A DNA stretch of 63,475 bases, counting the filler, from Porpidia crustulata (lineage: Eukaryota): the NCBI GenBank assembly GCA_964255105.1. It is 5 parts of 5 records of this genome, joined end to end, with 100 filler letters (N's around TTAATTAATTAA, not from the genome) between each part and the next. Parts side by side here need not be neighbours in the genome. Positions count along the whole stretch, not along the records: positions 25,464 to 38,075 come from CAXUWE010000505.1; positions 38,176 to 50,780 come from CAXUWE010000506.1; 3 more parts are not named here. One strand, written 5' to 3'. The position numbers and the translations under genes were made by a program. Shown here one piece after another: positions 36,992-46,899 of the stretch (its first letter is position 1; every line of letters starts with the position of its first letter). The notes beneath the pieces were generated by a model. That model was not told the origin of the DNA. It ran no database searches and saw only the letters and a program-made list of their open reading frames with translations.

Positions 36992-37853
36992 ATCCACTGA
37001 GCCTGACTATGACGCGAGTCTTAGCCTTAAAGGCTCAATTGTGGAGCCGAAAGAAGGCAGTTTATATTACCGGTGCAGGAATATCTGTCAACGCGGGCGG
37101 TGAGCACCCTCGTCCTATGTCTGTGCCTTCAGTGATTGACCTTATAAGCTCCGGGTTTTGGACTATACGTAAATCGGACCGTAGCTCTTTTGATATATCC
37201 GTCTACAATTCTTCCGGGGCCACTGAACGCTTCTGTAATATAGTCCGCAACATCTGGATGTAATCTTCCCTTGCTGAACCCACTGCGTTTCATCTATACA
37301 TGGACCAACTTGCCTAGTATGGGCAACTCCTTCGGCATTATACCCAAAATATTGATTGTGTCGAATAAATACTGCCCGCTCTGGGAACGAGAAGTATACA
37401 GCTCTACGGCCGTATCGACTAAGCATTGTGTCAATATCGTGGCTGGAAAGCACCGCTCGTACTATCTACTCACGTTAGACCGGAGTTGCCGTCTTGCTCT
37501 CCGTGCTATGATGCTTCGCTCGAGCGGGAAAGGACTGGAAAACGGTAACTTGGCATTGGTAGGCTCCGTCCTATTTATGGTTCTTTATGGGGAAGAGAAT
37601 GCCAAAAGCTATACGATTAGGAGCGCTATAGCTCATGATACGTAACGCCGACCAGGTGTTGTCTTTGTTGTGGGGCTACGTTGAAAGTGCCAGGGGCCAA
37701 GAGATTGACAAAAGAGCTATGACGTGCCGCAAAGGCGCGCAGAGGATTAATTGTGTAGATCAATAAGGCTTTGCCTCTATCTTGTTTGGGGTTTGATATT
37801 GATTACGTGCTGCAAGGAGACTGCGATGAGATTTTTTCGATGCTTCGGTGACG
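36992..37853 (+). pseudogene. Sirtuin (Sir2/Hst3-Hst4-like NAD-dependent deacetylase) relic
   Basis: YITGAGISVNAG, LLRHYTQNID, GIGRLRP, VLYGE, LKVPGAKRL spread over several frames with stops. Confidence 0.8.
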
Positions 37854-38075
37854 AAGTTGATATGTATGATATTGGCCCGTTGCTTCTAAGGACAAGTACA
37901 CTTTGTCCAGCCCATGCATGTAATAGCCATACTCATAACATTGGCCTTGAGATCATCCTTTAAATCCTGATATGCAAACCCAGTGTCATACACCATGGCA
38001 TTAACTGCATTACTCAAATATAACGCGGCCAGCCCAATCTGTGCCCTCCCCCCTCCACTCCACTCCTCCAACCCC

Positions 38076-38175
38076 NNNNNNNNNNNNNNNNNNNNNNNNN
38101 NNNNNNNNNNNNNNNNNNNTTAATTAATTAANNNNNNNNNNNNNNNNNNNNNNNNNNNNNNNNNNNNNNNNNNNN
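38076..38175. other. Artificial contig spacer
   Basis: N run with TTAATTAATTAA. Confidence 0.98.
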
Positions 38176-38898
38176 GATTTGAGATTTTTTGATATTAGAT
38201 GGATGGTTAGGGAATAGATGATCTGGCTAGTATGTACTGTGTATCTAAATATTGGATATCTTTGATTTATTCTTCTGAGTTTAAGATATTGTTGGTTAGA
38301 TGTAATATCTTTTCTCCTGCCAAAATCGGTTTGAGAAAAGGGGTTATTTGAGCGGCTAAAGTTATATGGACAAAATTCGTGTATTTATGCAAACGTACAA
38401 AGGATGAAGCCTTAGAAAATCACAGAGTGGTATGACTCATAACTGTTTAGACATCACTATTTAGAGCCTTATATATGATAATATTCTATACTGAAAGCGC
38501 TCCCTCGTCCATCGGGAATTCTGGTGAAACCTAGATATATCGCTGCATCCACCATGCTTATCCCACTCTAATTTCAGGTCTACCTCCTCCACGCCTTGCT
38601 TCTGAATGCAAATTTCGGTTATGTCAACGCGGTTTTCCTGTCAATTCATCTTGGTGAGCACGGAGAAGGTGTGAGTGGTCTTTTTGCCTGTTGCTTGGTG
38701 GATTAGAGCTTGGACGCAAGAGCCTAGTAACTCATATACATGTTTTGCAAATAAAAAGGCCAACGAGAAGGTCTGGGGATGGTTCTGGTCCTCCCATGGA
38801 CCTAGCGGAATTCATGCAAATCGGTCGACTCCGAATCTATTGCAGCCTGCTACTTCCTATGCTTTAGTACTATCCACTCAAGGGCTCTTTCAATCCGG

Positions 38899-39863
38899 TT
38901 ATACCGAACTCGATGTACACCACCTTGCAAAAGGAAAGACCGCCTGCTCGCACCACCTCCGACCGTCCATAAACCGCATAGTGTAAATTGAGTAAGCGGT
39001 CCTCGATGCGAGAGCGTTTCTTTCCTTGGCAAATGATACGACAATGGTATCACAGTCGTCGCACACTCGAAATCCCGTGTTCCATTCACGGATGGCATAA
39101 TCCGAGTCGCTTTTCCAAGTCGACGAGATTTTCCGAATCAATGCGTCTATACTCTGATGCGGGCAGGATAACCGCGGAGATGTTTCTGGGGAATCATAGG
39201 GCCGGGTGAAGCGGTATTTGTGGATAACTCCGAATCCGCCGCGGTCGTGGTCGATGCAATATTTGATACTTATTTGCACTTCGATGGTGCCGTAGACTTT
39301 TCGGCATTGGTGTGCCCATGGTCCGTCGGATTCGAAGCGTAAAGCTACATGATCCCCCGCTAATGCACGAGGACCTCTGTAGAAATACTGGCCATCATCC
39401 CTCCAAGAGTTGTTCTCCTTTGGTTTTGGGTCTGCACAGATCCTGGCTTTGATCTCGTGCATTTTCCGTGGCGTCAGTTTGATACATGGACAGAGATCGA
39501 TCACTCCATAGGGCGAGGAGGAGATTGGTCCAGAAGACGAAGCGGGTAGCAGCCGACAGCAACTTCTGGCCACCGGTCCCTTGGACCTGGAAAATTTGCT
39601 AAGCTAACGCACCAATGACGACTCGTGCACGCTGAACGTGTGATTTGGATGGAGCAGAAAATAGACGGAGCGAAGGGACCATGTGCTTAATACGTCTTTC
39701 TCTAGGAGCCGAAAAATTTACCACCGTTCGGGCTGGTATAGTTGTGGGTTACTCGTGCCTGCGTCCTGGAGATTTGGAGGTTGTTCCACCGGCATCTCCA
39801 ATCATTGAAACCTTCCCGATGACAAGTGGTGGAACTTCTTGCAGGCTGAAGAGAAAGAGGCCA
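38899..39863 (-). pseudogene. F-box-associated family protein relic
   Basis: GVIDLCPCIKLT, WAHQC, SCPH and VCDDCDT are typical of a fungal F-box family C-terminus. The 5' part is frameshifted. Confidence 0.45.
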
Positions 39864-39887
39864 TATTGTGCTCGAGTTATCGCAAAC

Positions 39888-39984
39888 TCGCGATGTACCC
39901 GAGTACTCGCGATGTACGCGAATACTCGCAATGTACCCGACATGTACGCGAATACCCGCGATGTACCCGACATGTACGCGAATC
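39888..39984 (+). repeat. Minisatellite built from ATGTAC(C/G)CGA units (19-30 bp period)
   Basis: Directly visible: ...TCGCGATGTACCCGAGTAC TCGCGATGTACGCGAATAC... Confidence 0.85.
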
Positions 39985-40099
39985 ATCGAGTCGATGAAAA
40001 TCTCTGACGTGCGCGATGAGCATTATATATTGATTACTGTCGTCACGTTCTATTAAAAATTCTTGCTTCTGAGCTGTCACACGGTTCAACGAAACGACT

Positions 40100-40440
40100 T
40101 CGACTTTTCGAATCTCGTCGTCGTTTTTGATTGAATCGACGTTTCGCAGAACACAGTTGTGGGAATGATGAGTGTGAGAAATTCTGCGAAATCGCAGAAC
40201 ACATACGATACTGTAGATCGAGCATCGTATATTGGATTTTCTTCTCCGTGAAAAGGCGAGTGACGATATCTTATCGTTCTTTGCGATCTCGCTTGTAGCG
40301 GTGATCAAACAGATGCGTTCAAGCTGATTAGAATCTTCGTAAAGAAAGAGAGCCTGCTTGGGCGCTTGGGGGAGCTCCGAGCCGATCAAGGAGATGATTT
40401 CGTTTGGGAGAAGCTCGATAGGAAGCGAGGCCCTTGGGCA
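40100..40440 (-). pseudogene. F-box motif relic
   Basis: IELLPNEIISLIGSELPQAPKQALFL fits an F-box motif. The downstream sequence is decayed. Confidence 0.5.
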
Positions 40441-43280
40441 TTTGGGTCGAATGGGCGAGAATACATAGCGGAAATTACTGAATTTCGTTGCTATGACTTA
40501 AGACGGTCGGAGGAACCTGTTCGAGATTGGCGAGTCGCTTTTCACATTTTTGAAGCCTTTCGAGTATCGACTATTGTGGGACCTCGCCTCAGATCCATGA
40601 TGACAAGTAACAGCTTAAGAGGTAGATTTCTGAGAACCTTGTTACTGCTGACCGACTCTGTTAATAATGTTTGAATTATAGAAGCGAAGAAAAGCGCTGA
40701 CAATCACCAAGCTTCACCTAATGTGCTTGAAGAAATGATACATTGAGAAGAGTTAATGAATGAAAGATTCTCCACATGATGAAATGCAACCAGTCAACGC
40801 TGTGATTAAGAGACATCTATAGCTAATTTAGAAATAGTCCGTGCTGCCAAGCGTAGGTAACCAGGGCAAAATACCTCAGAAGGCCCGTAGAATCCCAGGT
40901 ACCTGATCTTGATAATATGTGGTCTCTGATGTGAGTCAGTATATGTTGCAAAGTTGATGAATCGTGCAATAGATGTGCGATCTGATCTGATCTCGTTTTT
41001 TCGTTGATGGAATTTCACTAGGTTTAAGGATTCGATCTAATATCTATTTCGCCGTATACTCCGATGAGTTGTATCTATTTATGCTCTTTACGTTGATAGA
41101 AACTTCGTATAATAATTAAGAAATCTATGCACAACTGTCGGTATTGTCCAGCAAAGGAAAACAAAGGACTTTCCCCTCTTTTCGAACGCTTCGTCGCCGC
41201 CGTTATTCATAGCGTATTTCAGGTTTCTTTTTTTTTGTACTCAACTTCGATCATTTTAACCACGTGCGAGGACATCATCGATGCCAAAGATATCGAACCA
41301 CCCTTTGGGTTACGGGCCATGCGACTATGGCCATAGAACTCAAGGATTCCGGATCCGCTTGCCAAGAACGAACATCTTCGATCGACATTTTCTTCTCGAA
41401 AGTCTTCTTTAGACTCACCGCTGAGATTCTTTGGTATCTGGATGCTTGACACAATCTGGGATTCTCCTGTTCAACATGCTAATTCTTACATATCCTTTCT
41501 GGTGAAAATCCATAGAGCAAAATTTGATCCTATCTCTAGAACCTACTATAATTAAATACCAACTGACAAACACGACTCTCTATCACTCCTCAGCGCCCCG
41601 CAGACGGAGTGCCACCGATCCTGTCCATATGCGAATGCGCCGCAGCTGGGATTCGAACTCCGGACCTCTTCCCGCGCAGCCGACTTGAACTGATAACGGT
41701 TATTGGCGCTGGTACGTGCGCGCCCAGGAGATGATGAGATGATTGACAATCTGGAGAAGGCCTTGGAAAGCCTTGGAAACTGGTTCGGAAAGGCTTCCTA
41801 AACATCTTCGGTAGTTAGACGTTGATAATTATCGCGCTCCACTAACGACCGCAGTCGTGGAGGGTTTCCGTAACATGATATCTAAGAAGATGATCATAAC
41901 CTGATCCCCAGTTGATCAATTATTTGACTATCCCGAAGACAATGAAGTCACGGCATCCGGCAACCTTGCCAGCTCCACATTACATCATGGCATTGCGAAG
42001 GCAGAAAAGGAGAAAGCCGAAGCAAAAGAGAAGGACGATGCCATGTCATACAAGACATGCGGCAAGGATGGTCATGAGAAACGAGCAAGCCAGAAGAAAT
42101 TTTGGGAAATTTAGCAAGCTATTGGTATGGTGTCTTTAAACACGTCAGCTTTCGAAGCCTCGTGCAAATTCCTGCACCTGAATCCCGATGACCCTATTCT
42201 GTGATTCAGTCCTGTCAATCCCTCGATGCAAGTTGACAGCTGTCAAACTGGACCAGGAACTTATGGTTTTTTCGTACTTTCTTGGTTCGCGGACTCAAAA
42301 TTTCGGTTCCTCGACGTGCTTGATATGTTGTTGGCCCACCATTGTGTTTCGATCTTGGAATCGCGATAGTTGCTTGGGAGAAACCTAGATATATAAGCCA
42401 TCAGATAGCATATATAAACAATAGTGCCAAACCATAGCACTGAACGATTGATAAGTTTCTGATTTACTAGAATAGCTGCAAAGTACATTGCATCCCATCC
42501 TGCATTGTGACAATATAACGTCACAATTTTTGTCGACTCGCACTTTGACTTCAAGAGTCTGTGTGCTACGTTGTAATATCTCATAACAATTTTGCTGAGA
42601 CTTTCGTCATAGTCGAATCTATATTCAACGTTATGATCTGTCACTGCTCATTTCGTATTAAAAGCGAACGCGTATTGTAAAACTGAATGATTGAAGATAT
42701 CGGACTCGAGAAACTTAATCTTTTAATAATCAGAGACAGCAGCGTGACTCATGAACATTATTCTTGTTAACTGACTTTCTTTTCTTTTCTCGCGCTCATC
42801 AATTAAGATGCGCGAAAAGAGAAAAATGTCGATAATCTTTCGAAGACTGTTAACATCGCGAAGTTTTTCTTCGAGCTGCGCGAACTGTGCTTTTTAATCT
42901 GTCGTGTTTCGCATCTTGACTATTATACGTCGTCAACAGCAAACACAAAACGACACATGTTAATACATGACTGAGATTTGACTTACATTAGCTGTTGACG
43001 AGGTTGTAGAAATGAGATCTGAAAATTGTTCTTGATGCAGAAGCTCTAGAATCGAACATCAGTCTGTCAGCAACGACTGACTAGATCAAACTTCAGGACC
43101 TCAATAAACCCCACTCTGCTCACCAGAAAAGGAAACACACAATAAGCATTAGATTCCAGTAGAGCAGGGTTCTGAGGGTGGAAGGGGACGTGGAATTTCG
43201 AAGTGCTATTGGGCCATTAGAAAGCCATTTTTATGACTAAGTAAATCAAGCCGATCCACAGGACCTATCAAAACAAGGAA

Positions 43281-43920
43281 TCAAGGCCTATCAAAGATCT
43301 TGTTCCGAACCTGGTGAAGCCTTCTTCTGACCCCCCTTTTTCTGGTGTTCCCAATGGTCTGATCTTCCGGAAATGGCGATGTTCTTCGTGCCAGATGCCC
43401 AATCTTTCGAACGAATTTCTTTAGGTGATTTCCATGGAATATCCCCTTTATCCCCCTTCCACTAAGCTGCATCAGTAGGTATTAGATCCCATGCTGCTCG
43501 TACTCCGAACTTCGAAACGGGCCCCTCCATAGAGACTCCAGTTTAGCAGTATCTTTCTGGAATAACATGACCAGATCCCATACTGGTAGAACTATTTCCC
43601 TTACCCCTGTATTATATCGGGCTGCTTCTTCTTTCTTCATTTGGTCAGGTAGTCGGCGCATTTGGTCATGGGTCTGAGCCCGGTAGTTAATTCATTGTTT
43701 TACCGCTTTGACACGCTGAGTAGGGTTAATTAGCTGATCGATCCAGGACTCAACTACCCTGAGAGTAGCCGAAAGAACTTTCGGGTCCAAGGCGGAAGAC
43801 ATAGGTGATGGCGAAGCACCTAATAAACTTTCCGAAGGGGCTGCTTCCAGATGTATCACCACCCTAGAATTCAATGCTCTGATTGCTTTTGACAAGGCCA
43901 AGTATCACGAGTATCTCAGT
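43281..43920 (-). mobile_element. Ty3/Gypsy integrase C-terminal relic
   Basis: ALSKAIRALNSR...PSESLLG, then KLESLWRGPFR...YLLMQLSGRGIKGIFHGNHLKKF (GPF/Y module), with stops and frameshifts. Confidence 0.75.
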
Positions 43921-44058
43921 CCCTCGCTTCTTGAACGATTGTTTTGTGAGTCGGTACAGTTTATTTCTTCCCGAAACCCGTCCCCGAGCACCACCCTTTC
44001 AAAAATAACCCCCAAAAATTCCACTGCAGAGGTTAGACAAATGTGCATGACAATGAGA

Positions 44059-44092
44059 AAAATATAAAATCAAAAATCAAAAATCAAAAAAA
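44059..44092 (-). terminator. RNA polymerase III oligo-T terminator of the tRNA-Pro gene
   Basis: A T7 run (44086-44092) starts 3 nt after the discriminator and is followed by further T5 runs. Confidence 0.8.
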
Positions 44093-44095
44093 GTG

Positions 44096-44240
44096 GGCTC
44101 GGGCCGCGATTCGAACTGGAAAGAATGAGGATGTGTGCGGGAACTTTGGAGATATTATGAAACTTACCGCGGGGCCTCTCGCAAGTTGTAACTTAGAGTT
44201 TTTTCCCTAAGCGAGAATCATACCACTAGACCACTCGAGC
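44096..44240 (-). tRNA. tRNA-Pro(AGG) with two intervening sequences: canonical 21-nt intron (44184-44204) and 52-nt GT-AG insertion (44116-44167)
   Basis: GCTCGAG TG GTCTAGTGGTATGATT CTCGC TT AGG G [21 nt] T GCGAG AGGCC CCGCG [52 nt] TTCGAAT CGCGG CCCGAGC C. The acceptor stem (one 6:67 mismatch), anticodon stem and T stem all pair. Confidence 0.9.
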
Positions 44241-45503
44241 TGTTGGCTGAGCATGAGCTTAGATGGTTTATATTCTTAATAACTTCTCGAGCCTGAACCT
44301 TGGCACCTTCGTCTGCGATGCCAGCGGGTGCTACTAGTCTATTATAAACTACAACTACCTAGTTGGGACGATGATGCATATGACCCTGATAGCACAGCAC
44401 AATCTGTGCATCCTTGGCTTGAATGATCACCCGTTTGACACGAATCGTCGTCAAGATAACATTAATAATTCGTGAGTAAAACAGCAACAATATAAGTCTC
44501 CATGGCCTCCTGCAACGCACCTAATGCCGATACCTAGAAACGAAGATCCACCTCGTACTTAAACGTTCAAGGCTATTAAATTTGCCATTTACATTGATTC
44601 CGAAATCGTCAGTTACTTTCAAAAGACGCTAATTATTATCAAGTAAAAAGCGAGTGCATTTGCAATACGAGCGATCTCGTCAGAAAAAGTAGCAAATGCC
44701 GCAGAAATGACGAGCGAGAAAGATTTCGGAGAGTTTCTCAAAGTTAGACTGAGCATTGCTGTAAAGAATGCTCAAATTGAAGATTAATATAATAGTTTTT
44801 TTATGTTTAGATTGATATGATCAAGTACAAAGCGGCTGTTTTTTCGATCCGGTTTGGGTGCCGGAGTATCGAGAAATAATTTACTCGAATCAAATCTTAT
44901 CATCGCCGTTATCTCCAAATGGGTACGATTTTTTTGAGGGTTAGCTTAGCACTGATCGAGGTGGTGGCTGCAGTCTTGGATAGAGGATATGCGGATTATG
45001 GAAAGACTATGAATGAGAGGTTGATGCGATCTAGATTGAAGTAATACAGACTGTTGAGAAGGTAAAGTTGAAAGACGTAGGTGAGGTTTTAACTCAAGAT
45101 TAATGATTGATCTGTAGGTTTGGAGGGATCCCCCATCCTCGACATGATTCGTACCGCACGGATCAGCTCGATTTGATTTTGGCCCGAAGAGCCTCCTTTT
45201 CGGCATCGTTTCCGTCGTTCTTCTTGTTTCACACTGCGTTTTTTAAAACTGTCGTCTCATTGAATCTCTCATTGAATCATTCATTGCAGAAAACTAAAAC
45301 CCTTGCGCAGTAAGAACACTCTTGAAAAGAAGCCTGTCCTGAAATTCGACATCACACCCCGGGCGGATAAGAATTTGATCCCACCGTCTCGTCCACCGCG
45401 CGCAGGACTATTTGTACGGCGCCGGTGTTGCCGGTTCGTCCGCTACCAAAGATATGGCTAGGGGCTGGTGGCTGGGGGCTTTGTGTGTTCTTCGCTGCTG
45501 CTG

Positions 45504-45521
45504 ATATATATATATATATAT
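45504..45521 (+). repeat. (AT)n microsatellite
   Basis: Directly visible. Confidence 0.85.
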
Positions 45522-46899
45522 CACACTTTCAAATCTGTGTTATTCGATTTTACATCTTTCTTTCGGCTCTTGACTTGAGAATCTTTCTTGAGATCTCAAC
45601 GATCTATACATCGATTATAATGCTCAATTCACATTTCTCATATTGACGATTCGAAACGCCGCTTGATTGTTCCTTGCACGAATACGTCTTCGTCGTCGAT
45701 AAATTACCGCGATGATCAATTTTTTTTCTTGAACTTCGAACCATTCAAATGCTCACATCGTCATCGTCATTAGACAGTATGTAAAGGGTGATGGTCACTG
45801 GGGCTAGTGGAGTTCAATAGGAAGGGAACTCTCTACTTATGTTGATTAGCTAGCGCCGGCCGGCTAGCCCCCTTCGCTCCTTCCTTACCCCCATACCCCA
45901 TCGAGCCCGTCACACAGTATCAGGACTTCTATATCTTCGGATAATGATAGAACCTTCGTCGTTGGTCTCACTATCATGTGTATGCTTGCAAGCGACCGGA
46001 GAAGACTATCAAATCCGCTTGTGTCGAGGTTGGGATGATGAGGACCATGTTGAGTTATGATCTGTCAGGCTCGAACCGGTAGAGGCAGAGGCAGAGGCAG
46101 ATTGGCAAGGGAAGAAGTCCTAACACAAGTCTTCCTTCAGCCGTTTTGTTTCATTTTGATTTGTTTTAATTTGTTTTAGTTTACGCCAGCTGTACATCCC
46201 GACAAAGGCAGCAAGGGTTTGGTTCAGCGTCTCCACGCCACGGGCTACCATAAGAGTAGCATCGATAATTGGTGGTGCGGACGTCAGTCCCGAGCGTCTC
46301 ACCACCCGTTGACCGACGGTCAGCATGGTGTCGTAATACTTCTTGTGCGCCTCGAGGGCCGCGAGCTCTGCATGGTCCTGTCCAGCCGGAGCGCAATCGT
46401 AGGCGACATGGAGGTCAACAAAGCCGTTGAAATCTCCCACACAAATAGCAGGAATCTGTCTATTCGTTATTGGTTACCACCTGAGGGGGATACTTTACCC
46501 ACCGCTTTGCACTCGGAACCCTGGGACTGGCAGTACGAACACTTCCTCAATATAGTGGTACCGGAGAACTTGGAATTCTCCTGAGATTCAGCTAATCTAG
46601 ACAGCTGGTTTGCTTGACATATGATTTTTGGAATTCTTTTCATCTTAGCTTCCGGGCAAAGTTAATCGTAACTGATGTGAGGTGTTATTTTGCATCGTAG
46701 CGTAGTCGTGGAGACGGTATTTCCTTTTTATTGTATTTATAGACGCTAGTTAAGGAAGAGTAGCCCTTGCGCCTGGTTTGTCAGGGACTGAACTATTGGA
46801 TATCAGTATTGTTTGCATCTATTTCCCTTAGTTGAGGAGAACTTTAGACTCTCAGAGCTTCTTGATCGTTGATCCTTTTGATGATAAATCACCATTCGC

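Noticed and set aside
6417..37853. Gasdermin module as cargo of the DUF3435 Starship
   Set aside because: They lie on different contigs joined only by size order, so there is no evidence of linkage.
39888..39984. CRISPR-like array
   Set aside because: No unique spacers and no cas genes in a eukaryotic context; it is a minisatellite.
41636..41672. tRNA-like GAGGTCCGGAGTTCGAATCCCAG on the minus strand
   Set aside because: B-box-like only. The T stem pairs poorly and no D arm, anticodon arm or acceptor stem can be built.
41900..42700. Possible SNF2-helicase-like relic
   Set aside because: Too decayed; no helicase motifs can be read.
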